A DNA stretch of 64,000 nt from Halarcobacter sp. GTDB taxonomy: Bacteria > Campylobacterota > Campylobacteria > Campylobacterales > Arcobacteraceae. Shown here piece by piece: positions 20,021-29,060 of the stretch. The notes under the pieces were generated by a model that did no database searches, was not told where the DNA came from, and worked only from the letters and a program-made list of their open reading frames with translations. A program made the translations under genes and the position numbers. Position 1 is the stretch's first letter; every line of letters starts with the position of its first letter. The stretch lies in NCBI GenBank assembly GCA_963676565.1, contig OY781089.1:1216001-1280000 (forward strand). The letters run 5' to 3'.

Positions 20021-20316
20021 TGGAATTAATACCAAATGAAATAAAAGAAAAAATTCCTAAACTATATGATACAGAAAATATTTCAGACCCTATTGTTCAT
20101 ATAAAATTATTCTTAGATAGATGGACATGGTATATAATAGAGATATCAATTGATAATGATATTTGTTTTGGATATGTAGTTTCACCATTTGAAAGTGAAT
20201 TGGGATATTTCAGTCTTAATGAAATTAAAGAAATAAAAGGAAGTCTAGGGCTTGGTGTTGAAAGAGATTTATTATTTAAACCTACTAATTTATCAAAATT
20301 AAAAAAAGCTTCTTAG
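20020..20316 (+). CDS. DUF2958-family protein
   Basis: IPKLYDTE, WTWYIIE, ELGYFSLNEI, VERDLLF. Confidence 0.85.
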   Translation: MELIPNEIKEKIPKLYDTENISDPIVHIKLFLDRWTWYIIEISIDNDICFGYVVSPFESELGYFSLNEIKEIKGSLGLGVERDLLFKPTNLSKLKKAS

Positions 20317-20640
20317 ATGGACAATTTATATATTAAAGATGAATCAGATATTGGTCATCTAAATTGGACAAAGGAAGGATGGGAATTTCTTCTACAAAGT
20401 AACGAGTTTAAAGAACTTGCGATAATCACACTTTCTAAAATTTTGGATCTGTATCAAAGAGTTGAATTTAAATACAATAATCTCTATTATGAAGTATTTG
20501 ATTCTTCAAATAGTGGGTATATTATTAATGTATTTTCAAGTGATATTAAAGATGAAGGTGGATATTACTTGGAAGATAATTTTGTTGATGGTGGACTATG
20601 TACTGGTAGTTCTAAAGATGCAATTGAGTTTATGTTGTAA
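20317..20640 (+). CDS. Hypothetical protein
   Basis: Abuts DUF2958 gene; acidic; VDGGLCTG tail. Confidence 0.65.
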   Translation: MDNLYIKDESDIGHLNWTKEGWEFLLQSNEFKELAIITLSKILDLYQRVEFKYNNLYYEVFDSSNSGYIINVFSSDIKDEGGYYLEDNFVDGGLCTGSSKDAIEFML

Positions 20641-20652
20641 AAGGTATGTAAA

Positions 20653-20754
20653 ATGAAACAGCCAACAATGCAAGAGTTAGTTAATCTCTTTAAAGAAAAT
20701 GACTATATTGAGATTGGATATGTTGATGGTATGAAGAGAATATATCTATCTTAA
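20653..20754 (+). CDS. 33-aa small protein (not in ORF track)
   Basis: AAAGG RBS; MKQPTMQELVNLFKENDYIEIGYVDGMKRIYLS. Confidence 0.4.
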   Translation: MKQPTMQELVNLFKENDYIEIGYVDGMKRIYLS

Positions 20755-20760
20755 CATAAG

Positions 20761-21187
20761 TGCCTAAAACTCTACTTTATGGTTTTAGGCATTATATTTA
20801 TTGGGTAAAAGTTTGGGTATTTTGTAATAAACTTTTTTCTTTTCTTTTTTTCAATATTTATTTATATTTATAATATTTCACACAAATGAGATTCCATAGG
20901 GGAATCTTTCTTTGGTGAATATTGTGAAATATAAAAGAACTGTAGACTGTTATTACAGTTTATGGGATATGTAAAAACTATGATAAAGATAGTTTTTACA
21001 GGGATGCCCAACTTTTTACCCAAAATCTCAAGATCTAACAGAATTAGTAAATCATTATGAATTCAATATAAGCTAAATAGCAATATTCTAGTTCTATTTT
21101 CCATTAAAACTTAAGCAAAATGCCTCTAGAATCCTATTAGGTTAATAATAGGAAAAGCCTCGTTTAGTAACGGGTTTTAGGCAGTTT
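20761..21187 (+). other. Highly structured non-coding region (candidate ncRNA or single-strand origin)
   Basis: Several nested stems; the imperfect pairs are mostly G-U/G-T on the + strand. Confidence 0.55.
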
Positions 21188-21214
21188 TTGAGTAGGTTTT
21201 AATAAGTCCATCAC

Positions 21215-23236
21215 TTAATCTCTAAAGATTTTGTATCTTTTTTTACCCTGATATTTGCTTTTATCTGTTGGTGTTTCATTATACATCCTTCCTTTTCCCT
21301 GTAAGATTTTAATAAACTCATTATTATCTGGGATTAGTTCTTCTTGATGAATAATATTAAAGTACTTACTAAGCATTGGCTGTGCAATCATCTCTTCTTT
21401 TAAATTGTATAGCAATTCATTATAGACATCTTCATCATATTGTTGTATAGATTGAAAAGCATCAATATTCCTTTTGAAAATATCCTCTACAAAACAATCA
21501 ATCTTTCTATCAATTTTTGGTGTAATAAGTACACCATTTTTCATTGTACTCAGATAAGTTTTCTCATCAGTATTTAAGATAGTTAATGGATAATTGTCTT
21601 GAGCATATTGAACTAATCTACTGGTAAAATAATCAATATCATCAGTCATAGATTTTTCAAAATCAGAATAATCCATATCTAATTTATTTAAAATACTTTC
21701 AATATCTTTAACTCTAAGAACAGAACAACTACTTAAAATATTCTTCAAATATGAATAAGGGCTCTCTTTACTTGCTGTAACAAGAAGTTCACCGTAGATA
21801 TATTGTTCATCATTATCCCAAGCTTCATTGGGTGTAATATGATTAGGCTTTACAATGCTTCTTATGAGTTTACTAACTCTTTTTGTATCAGTTTTACTGT
21901 TAAGGTTATTGATATGATAAAAAATCTTGTCTTCTAATAATTTTTCATTTTCACTCTCTTTTTCTAAAATAGTGTTACTAATGGTACTAAGATACTTCTT
22001 TTTTTTAATAAATATTGGTTTAACAATGAAGTCCATTATAATATCAGTAGTTTCCTCATCTCCTATAAGTACAAGTGCAATATTTGATTTCTCTAAAAAC
22101 CAGAAGAAACCAGATAACCATGTTATAAAAAAATAGAACTTTTCTTCATTTTGAAAAACTAGTCTAAGAAACTGTTCTATAAAGCTGTTATCGTTAGTTA
22201 CCAATGAATCCTTAATGAAGTTCAAGTTATTTTGTTTTTCTCTAAGTTGATTATTATAGATATCTTGTAGCAAAGGTAAATTTGGATAGTGAAGCTTTTG
22301 CTTTATATTATTTATTTCATGTTCTAATTGAACAAGATATGTAGGATATAATCTCTTCTCCAATAATTTTGTGTATTCAAAAGTGTTTCTATCATAAAGA
22401 TTATTGCTGATAAATATAAACTCATTATTTGAAAATGGGTTGAAGATATTTTTTCTGACGGTAGGTAATAGCGAAATTATTATATAATCTGCATCTATAA
22501 CCTGTACATCATTTGCAGAGTCATATATATTTATATAAAATCCTATTATATCAGCTATTTCATTCTTAGTGATTTTTTGTTCTTTTTCAAATGATTTTTG
22601 TCTATAGTAGAGTTTATTGTTTTGATCTTTCCATATTTTTAAGTCTTGATTGCCTAGTAAATCAACTGTTCTATTGTGGTTTTTAATAATTTTATTTTTT
22701 GTATCAATATCTTTTTGATAAAGAAAGTTTTGCTCAAACTCTATTATTTTTTGCTGTTGTGAAATAAGGGCTAAATCATTAATCCATTTTTCATTAGTTT
22801 TGATGATTTCTTTGTTATTGTTATTTGTATAAGTGGGAATTGATGACATGGGTAAATGTGTTGGGTTATAAGTTTGAACTGCTTGAGCAGATGTTGTATT
22901 ATCAAGATTCAAAGTAATTTGATTAAAATATTTTTCTAAAAGTGTTATATTATCTAGATTATTTATATCTATATCCATAAGTTCACTACTATCTCGAAGT
23001 AAGGCTTTAAAGATTTCAAGAGCTAGTAACTCTTCTTGCGTGTAGTTATCAAAAAATCTCTCAGGATTCTCTTCTTGATTATTGTAAGAATCTATAAAGT
23101 TTACATAATCTTTAAAAAGTTTTACTATTAAACTATTGTGTCTTGTACTATTTGTGTAGTTAAACTGATTATTATCTAACATAAAGATTATTTCATCACA
23201 AATATCAATTTTCCAATTTGATTTATTGTCTACCAT
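21215..23236 (-). CDS. Degenerate SF3/DUF5906 helicase-like protein
   Basis: WLSGFFWFLEKSNIALVLIGDEETT aligns with WLAHMFVFLNKSQVAFVLRGVQGSGK of 24352..25902. Confidence 0.65.
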   Translation of the reverse strand: MVDNKSNWKIDICDEIIFMLDNNQFNYTNSTRHNSLIVKLFKDYVNFIDSYNNQEENPERFFDNYTQEELLALEIFKALLRDSSELMDIDINNLDNITLLEKYFNQITLNLDNTTSAQAVQTYNPTHLPMSSIPTYTNNNNKEIIKTNEKWINDLALISQQQKIIEFEQNFLYQKDIDTKNKIIKNHNRTVDLLGNQDLKIWKDQNNKLYYRQKSFEKEQKITKNEIADIIGFYINIYDSANDVQVIDADYIIISLLPTVRKNIFNPFSNNEFIFISNNLYDRNTFEYTKLLEKRLYPTYLVQLEHEINNIKQKLHYPNLPLLQDIYNNQLREKQNNLNFIKDSLVTNDNSFIEQFLRLVFQNEEKFYFFITWLSGFFWFLEKSNIALVLIGDEETTDIIMDFIVKPIFIKKKKYLSTISNTILEKESENEKLLEDKIFYHINNLNSKTDTKRVSKLIRSIVKPNHITPNEAWDNDEQYIYGELLVTASKESPYSYLKNILSSCSVLRVKDIESILNKLDMDYSDFEKSMTDDIDYFTSRLVQYAQDNYPLTILNTDEKTYLSTMKNGVLITPKIDRKIDCFVEDIFKRNIDAFQSIQQYDEDVYNELLYNLKEEMIAQPMLSKYFNIIHQEELIPDNNEFIKILQGKGRMYNETPTDKSKYQGKKRYKIFRD

Positions 23237-24281
23237 AGGGAAACTCCTTTGTATTGATAAGTTCCTCTATCTTTTTATACGAAAGGTATGTTGCGTCATA
23301 TATCGCTTCTCTATCAAATTTAAATTCAGGTTCGTTCCCATATCTATTTTTTTGATTTTGGATGATCTCTTCTGCCTTTGCTATTTGTTTTGATTCTAGG
23401 TATCTCAAATCATAAGTAGCGTAACTTGAACTAGTATTTAAATCTCTACTTATGAAGTTTAAATTATTCAAATGTAGATTTTCACTACCTCCTAAAGCAA
23501 GTTTTTGACTAAAGAATTTAGCGATAGCAGATATATCTTTGTCAAACTCTAAAAAAGATAGTCTGTATATAATAATAGATAATCTATTTAATAAAACTTT
23601 TTCATTTACAAACATCTTAATATCATCAAGAATTAAATTTTGAAAACAGTACTTTTTTGAAGTATACTCTGTATCTCTAAGTATTTTGTTAAACATAAGA
23701 GGGTAGGGCTCTCTAATAATAGTTTCATAAATATAGTTACCAATTTTATGATACTCTTTATTTATCATTAGTGCCAATAATGGTAACTTTTTGATATAGT
23801 TTATGTGTTCTTCTTGTTCTGTTAACTCGGGCTTTGATAAATCATGATCTAATCCATTTGTGAGTTTATTCAAAAGTTGCTCGGTTAGAAAATCTTTTCT
23901 AAATCTACTGTTTAGATTAAGAGAATAACCTTTGAGTGAAACACATAAAATAGGTCTATATATTTCGATAAAATTAGGTGTATGTAGTGTTACTAAAATT
24001 ATATTTCTATTTTGTTCATATTTAAGATCTGGTATGTTGATTGACCATGTAAAATATACTGAATATAATCTTGTTGCAAAACAGTTATTGTTATCTTCAA
24101 GAATTTCTTCTTGTTGTTCATTCATAATAGTTCTGATAAGTTTTTTAACTATTTGGAAAGTTCGCATTCCATGACTTTCTACTTGCAAATTTAATATTTC
24201 TTCATTATGTACATTGTTTTTTGTATTGACTAACCAATGTTCACATAGTTTAAAGCTATTATCATAGGGTGTTATAAACAT
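23223..24281 (-). CDS. Hypothetical protein
   Basis: 352-aa ORF with AAGGAG RBS; overlaps downstream gene. Confidence 0.7.
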   Translation of the reverse strand: MFITPYDNSFKLCEHWLVNTKNNVHNEEILNLQVESHGMRTFQIVKKLIRTIMNEQQEEILEDNNNCFATRLYSVYFTWSINIPDLKYEQNRNIILVTLHTPNFIEIYRPILCVSLKGYSLNLNSRFRKDFLTEQLLNKLTNGLDHDLSKPELTEQEEHINYIKKLPLLALMINKEYHKIGNYIYETIIREPYPLMFNKILRDTEYTSKKYCFQNLILDDIKMFVNEKVLLNRLSIIIYRLSFLEFDKDISAIAKFFSQKLALGGSENLHLNNLNFISRDLNTSSSYATYDLRYLESKQIAKAEEIIQNQKNRYGNEPEFKFDREAIYDATYLSYKKIEELINTKEFPYGRQ

Positions 24282-24315
24282 TTTGGTACTCCTTGTGTAT
24301 TTATTTTTTGTGATT

Positions 24316-24349
24316 AAAAAATAGCCTTAGACAATTAAGTCTAAAGCCA
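24316..24349 (-). terminator. Rho-independent terminator after the helicase gene
   Basis: Minus strand tggctttagac-ttaatt-gtctaaggcta + T6. Confidence 0.6.
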
Positions 24350-24351
24350 TT

Positions 24352-25902
24352 TTATAAGTTAAAGTAGTATTCGTTAGATTTTTTTCGTAGCTCTCTTGAA
24401 AATTTTGTTGGTTCGTATATCTCAAGCTTATCAAGTAGTGCTTGAGTAGACATAGTAAAATCACCAGGATTTACTGCGATAAAGGCAGGTAACATATCTC
24501 TTTGATATATTCTTCCTTTTTTGAATCCAGAAATAATATTTGCATAGATGATAGAATCCTTCGCTTTTAATGGTTCTAAATACTCTATATCTTGAGTTAA
24601 GAGTGCATTAATGAACAATTTAAATCTATCATTCGTTCCTTTGACTAAAGCTTTTTTCTCAGGTGTATTGAGTGCTTTATTTGCAAGGTTTGTATCTATT
24701 GGATAGTTTTTCAAGTACAGTGCCAAATCTGGCAATTCTGATTCTAATTGTTTTTTGAAAATTTTAAAATCTCCAAATCCAAAAAAGTTACATTCTTCAC
24801 TTGATATATTTCCAGCTGTAGACAGTACAGTGTATCTTCTATCTTCTGGTTCAATTTCAAGAATGTATGCTTCATTTGAAGTTATCAATATTTGAGCAGT
24901 TAACTTAATTGGTTTAGAAATATTTTCATATTTTTTTTCACCTGCAAACTCTGAATCAGTCACTAATTCTTTTAAAGAATTTTTATTTTCTTTATTAGAT
25001 TTTATATCATGTGACATCTCATTGATATTGATAAAAAGTTTATTCTCAAATACACTACCTAGAAATTGTGATTTAAGAGTTTTGTTCCCTACTGTAAAAC
25101 AGAACTCTTTGCCAAATAATATAGATATAATTTGATTAAAAAAAATACCTTTGCCACTTCCTTGTACACCTCGAAGTACAAAAGCAACCTGAGATTTATT
25201 TAAAAATACAAACATATGAGCTAACCAGTTTATAATATAATAAAATCTCTCTTCATCATAATTTACTAAGTGTGCTATTAGTTTCAACGAATATGTTGGC
25301 TTTTTGTAAGGTTTATTTTTATTTAGCATCAAAATTTTATTAGGCTTAAACTTATTCATTTTATAAATATTTCCTTCTTTAAAAAATTCAGCCATGACAT
25401 TAATAGCAAAAACAACTTCAGTAACTAGCATAATATCATCATGAGTAATATCAGGTGGTCTTTCTTTTGAACCTCTTCCTATTACTACATATTCTCCAAT
25501 AAGTTTACTTATTACGATACTAGCTTTATCTGGGGTAACTTTTTTAAAATCTGTATCAGGTGCTGATCTCAACATCAGATTGCCATCATCAAACATAATT
25601 AATGCTCCACCAGCTTTTTCTAATTTGATAAGGCACTCGTTATCATTAACTCTAAAATTATTGAATTTGTATTCTGAAAAATTAGGTGCTGGCTCCAATT
25701 TATCCTTTTTTATCCTATCTTGAAATCCCTTACCATCACAAATAATATTTGTATTTGTGATTTCTATTTTCTTATTTTTATCAAATATATTGTCAGTAGT
25801 ATTTACCTTCTCTTGCAATATAATATTTTCATTATTTTCAGTAGATTTTTTATTATCTCTAAAAATTTTTTTTTCAAAAAAATTACTATTAAAAACTTCC
25901 AA
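24352..25902 (-). CDS. SF3 (D5/DUF5906-like) helicase ATPase
   Basis: Walker A GVQGSGKG, Walker B FININE, motif C ILITSN, EDRRY. Confidence 0.85.
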   Translation of the reverse strand: MEVFNSNFFEKKIFRDNKKSTENNENIILQEKVNTTDNIFDKNKKIEITNTNIICDGKGFQDRIKKDKLEPAPNFSEYKFNNFRVNDNECLIKLEKAGGALIMFDDGNLMLRSAPDTDFKKVTPDKASIVISKLIGEYVVIGRGSKERPPDITHDDIMLVTEVVFAINVMAEFFKEGNIYKMNKFKPNKILMLNKNKPYKKPTYSLKLIAHLVNYDEERFYYIINWLAHMFVFLNKSQVAFVLRGVQGSGKGIFFNQIISILFGKEFCFTVGNKTLKSQFLGSVFENKLFININEMSHDIKSNKENKNSLKELVTDSEFAGEKKYENISKPIKLTAQILITSNEAYILEIEPEDRRYTVLSTAGNISSEECNFFGFGDFKIFKKQLESELPDLALYLKNYPIDTNLANKALNTPEKKALVKGTNDRFKLFINALLTQDIEYLEPLKAKDSIIYANIISGFKKGRIYQRDMLPAFIAVNPGDFTMSTQALLDKLEIYEPTKFSRELRKKSNEYYFNL

Positions 25903-25916
25903 AATATACTCCTTTA

Positions 25917-26111
25917 TTAAGAATCTAAGAAAGATGCAATTTCTTCAAGAGTAAAGTAAATCCCACCTCCCACTCTTTTTGATGATATAGCGTTTTGCTT
26001 TCTAAGCCTGTCTAAAGTCGCTATACTACAGTTTAGCTCTACCGCTACTTCTTTTTTCTTTAATAACGACTTTGTTGGATATTTCTGTCGCAAATAGTTT
26101 AGATTTGACAT
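25917..26111 (-). CDS. Excisionase/AlpA-like HTH protein
   Basis: LLKKKEVAVELNCSIATLDRLRK...GGGIYF; near integrase. Confidence 0.8.
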   Translation of the reverse strand: MSNLNYLRQKYPTKSLLKKKEVAVELNCSIATLDRLRKQNAISSKRVGGGIYFTLEEIASFLDS

Positions 26112-26207
26112 AAGTTATTTCTCCTTTTTTTATATTGAGGAGAATTATTACATGAGAGTTTTTTTTGCGTACCCACTTTTTTTATAATTTTGTGGGTACA
26201 AAGTAGT

Positions 26208-27485
26208 CTAAAATAGTTGTTCTGAGTTTATTATATTAATGTATTTAATATCATCGATATATGGTTTTATCCATGTATAGTAATTATAGGCTGTGCCAGA
26301 TGAAATAAAAGATTCTTTAAATTTAGTTTCTTTAAAAATATAGTGTTTTGATGTTTTATTAATAGATGGTACATTTAATGGCTTTAATTTTTCATGTTGT
26401 ATAATTTCTTCATATGGAATTCTATCTTTTGCTTTTTGTTGATCTGTTAAATATCTGTCATCATTAATTTTTTTTATATTATTTATAGCCTCTTCTAAAA
26501 TAACATTCTCTAAATTTTCTTCTTCTCGTTTTTTATTTTCTTGCTCTACTTCTTCTACTCTAAATTTGTAATAGTCATAGCAAAAGAATGTATCAGCAAG
26601 TGCCATTTGTTTTTTTATTTTTACTTCAATAATTTTGAAAAAATCTTCTAAAAATTTAATTACTTGTTTGTGAAGTATTAAATGGTTTGATGAAAACTTA
26701 AGTATATGATCTGTTAGTAACTTTCTTTTTGTTAGAGGATATAAGTTTCTTGTAATTTTGTTATTATCGTCATCAATAGTTGTCTCAATATAGTAAGTTC
26801 CTTTATATTCACGCTTTATATATAAAGATGTCGAAGGAGATTCTTCATATTCCTCATCATTTCTCTCTTCATTTTCTTTGTAGTAATAGAGAAGAAAATC
26901 TATATATAACTCTTTTTTAATTATTTCAGGTATAACTAATACAAAATCATATAACCAATTAAAATATTCTATTAAAACATTATTATTGCAATATTTAAAA
27001 TCTAAATCTTCTATTTCGTCATTAGTATTTTCAATTTTTAATTTATTTTTTATTACATTTTTAAAATCATTAAAATCTAATTTAAAAATTTTCTGTTGTT
27101 CTCTATCAAGTTTTTCTAAAGGATCTTTTTCATATCTTTTTAAAGCTTCTTCAAAATTATCTTTTTCAGATTTTTGTTCAATTATTTTAGAACTAAAAGG
27201 GTATAAATCAATACCTTCAATAATAGTGGTATTGTTTTCATTATTTGTAAAATCTTTAGAAGGAATAGTTTCTAATTGAGCTTTGTTAATATTTTCATCT
27301 ATTTTTTTATGTAATCTTTCACAATATTCAAATTTTTTTTCAAGTTCTTTAAACTTTTTTGTTCTTATAGCCATTTCATAAAAAACATTATTGATTAACT
27401 CAAAATCTTTAAAATTTTCTATTTCTTTATATATCTCATCATCTCGTCTAGGTATTCTTTCTTTTTGTTTATAGCCCATAGTCAA
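26208..27485 (-). CDS. Hypothetical protein coupled to the integrase (possible regulator)
   Basis: 425-aa ORF overlapping the int 3' end. Confidence 0.7.
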   Translation of the reverse strand: MTMGYKQKERIPRRDDEIYKEIENFKDFELINNVFYEMAIRTKKFKELEKKFEYCERLHKKIDENINKAQLETIPSKDFTNNENNTTIIEGIDLYPFSSKIIEQKSEKDNFEEALKRYEKDPLEKLDREQQKIFKLDFNDFKNVIKNKLKIENTNDEIEDLDFKYCNNNVLIEYFNWLYDFVLVIPEIIKKELYIDFLLYYYKENEERNDEEYEESPSTSLYIKREYKGTYYIETTIDDDNNKITRNLYPLTKRKLLTDHILKFSSNHLILHKQVIKFLEDFFKIIEVKIKKQMALADTFFCYDYYKFRVEEVEQENKKREEENLENVILEEAINNIKKINDDRYLTDQQKAKDRIPYEEIIQHEKLKPLNVPSINKTSKHYIFKETKFKESFISSGTAYNYYTWIKPYIDDIKYINIINSEQLF

Positions 27486-28653
27486 TTATCTCCATATCAT
27501 CTTCTATATTTAAATACTTCATTGTTGTATCAATTTCTGTGTGGTTTAAAAACCTTTTAGCATGAACGATTCCAAATTTTTTGTAAACCTTAGTCGCAGC
27601 AGTTCTTCTCATTGTATAAACGCTAACTCTATATGCTAAGTCATATGTTCCAATATTCTGATTAAAATGTTTATCAAATATTTTTCTTAATTGTTCTGCA
27701 TATTTTTGATATCTTGTAGATTGGTTCTTGAATGCTTCTTTTTCATACTTTGTTGTAGCTCTTTTATATAGTTGTTCTGGATAGAATATACAATTATCAT
27801 GTACTAGGTTATGTTGAGTAATCCAATTTTTTAACAAAGTTAATAACTCTTGGCTTACTCTAGCATCATAGGGTTTACCTTGTTTCATGGCTCTAATATG
27901 AATCGTTCCTTTATTAAAATTGATATGTTTAACTTTAATATCTATCACAGCTGATGGTCTTGCACCAGTATGATAACATGCCTTTAAGAACAATAATAAT
28001 CTAGGTTTAGTGATGAAATCATCTAAGTTCCAAAGCTTTTCAAGCTCTTCATCAGATAAAACTCTACCTGCTTCATTTCTATCAACTTTGATTATATCTT
28101 TTATAATTACTGGATTTTTATCTGTATATCCTTGTTTTATTGCCCAATTAAAAAGTGCTCGTAAATAACCTATAACTTTTTTTACTGTTCTAGGGTTAAA
28201 TGGTGTACCTTGCCTTGATGGAGTTTTTTTTAGAGTGTCGCCAAGGTTTTTAATATCTTCTGTTTTTATTTTAGTGATTTTCTTTTTTCCTATATATGGG
28301 TTGACAAGTCTATTATATGCAGATTCAATCATATCTGTTGATTTTGCTGTTTTAGTTGGGAAGTAAAGTTTTGCTACATCTTCAAGGTTTAAATTATTAC
28401 TCATGACTTTTTGACGTAAAAGTGAAGAGTCTTTTTGTATCTCTTTTCTATCTTTTGATATTTCTATCTTTTTGTCATTTAGTATTTTTAAGGCTTCCTC
28501 TTTACTTGTTGCATCACATTTAACTTTTTGGGGTTTATTTTCAATATCCCTATACATGATATAATAGGCAATTGTTTTTTTATCGTGATCAGAGTCTTTA
28601 TAGTATTCGTATATGCTATTATACTTTTTGCCTTTTACTTTTCTAAAACCCAC
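27469..28653 (-). CDS. int: Tyrosine recombinase/integrase
   Basis: TGARPSA (R), YTMRR, LNH, TTMKY; SAM-like middle domain. Confidence 0.95.
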   Translation of the reverse strand: MGFRKVKGKKYNSIYEYYKDSDHDKKTIAYYIMYRDIENKPQKVKCDATSKEEALKILNDKKIEISKDRKEIQKDSSLLRQKVMSNNLNLEDVAKLYFPTKTAKSTDMIESAYNRLVNPYIGKKKITKIKTEDIKNLGDTLKKTPSRQGTPFNPRTVKKVIGYLRALFNWAIKQGYTDKNPVIIKDIIKVDRNEAGRVLSDEELEKLWNLDDFITKPRLLLFLKACYHTGARPSAVIDIKVKHINFNKGTIHIRAMKQGKPYDARVSQELLTLLKNWITQHNLVHDNCIFYPEQLYKRATTKYEKEAFKNQSTRYQKYAEQLRKIFDKHFNQNIGTYDLAYRVSVYTMRRTAATKVYKKFGIVHAKRFLNHTEIDTTMKYLNIEDDMEIIDYGL

Positions 28654-28728
28654 TACTTTACCTCTTTACTACAAAATAAATGTTAATATGTCATCCATAA
28701 TTTATATATTAACATAATAGATATAATG

Positions 28729-28758
28729 TTTTACTACAAAGTTTTACTACATTTTGTA
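28729..28758 (+). repeat. Putative arm-type sites, right
   Basis: Identical to 4294-4323; extra tttactacaaa at 28665-28675. Confidence 0.75.
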
Positions 28759-28880
28759 TGAAAATAGCAGAAAAATGAGAAAATATGAAAAAAATTAAGA
28801 AAATAAAAACTACTGTAAAGCTTTACTTTAAGGGATATTGAATGAGATTGATGAATAGTGATCAAAGTATGGGGTTAGTA

Positions 28881-28919
28881 TTTGGTGGACTAATTGGATT
28901 TGTTTCTACTTTTCTTTAG
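28881..28919 (+). repeat. attR core plus displaced 3' end of the DUF445 gene
   Basis: 26-bp core at 28881-28906; reads FGGLIGFVSTFL-stop. Confidence 0.9.
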
Positions 28920-28946
28920 GAAGTCTAGTTTCTAGGCTTTCTTTTT
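28918..28946 (+). terminator. Displaced native terminator of the DUF445 gene
   Basis: aggaagtctag-ttt-ctaggctttct + T run. Confidence 0.6.
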
Positions 28947-28999
28947 ATATCACTTCTTTTTTTATATAAATTTTTGATTGATTTATCTTTTTGAACTTA

Positions 29000-29032
29000 T
29001 GCAAGTTTCATGACAGACTTATTTTTTATAAT
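29000..29032 (+). promoter_or_regulatory. Regulon box 1 + -10
   Basis: TGCAAGTTTCATGACAGA-N9-TATAAT. Confidence 0.75.
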
Positions 29033-29060
29033 CTCATAATATCTTTAGAAAGGATTACTT

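Larger units (their letters stand above)
4215..28906. mobile_element. Integrative element / genomic island (~24.7 kb), tyrosine-integrase type
   Basis: Flanking att repeats, integrase beside attR, xis-like gene, helicase, mobilome-type operon. Confidence 0.9.

Noticed and set aside
23223..24281. Primase assignment for the 352-aa ORF
   Set aside because: No convincing AEP or Toprim motif set by eye; would need a structure search
17442..28653. Intact prophage or ICE
   Set aside because: No recognisable structural, terminase, lysis, relaxase or T4SS genes between the att sites
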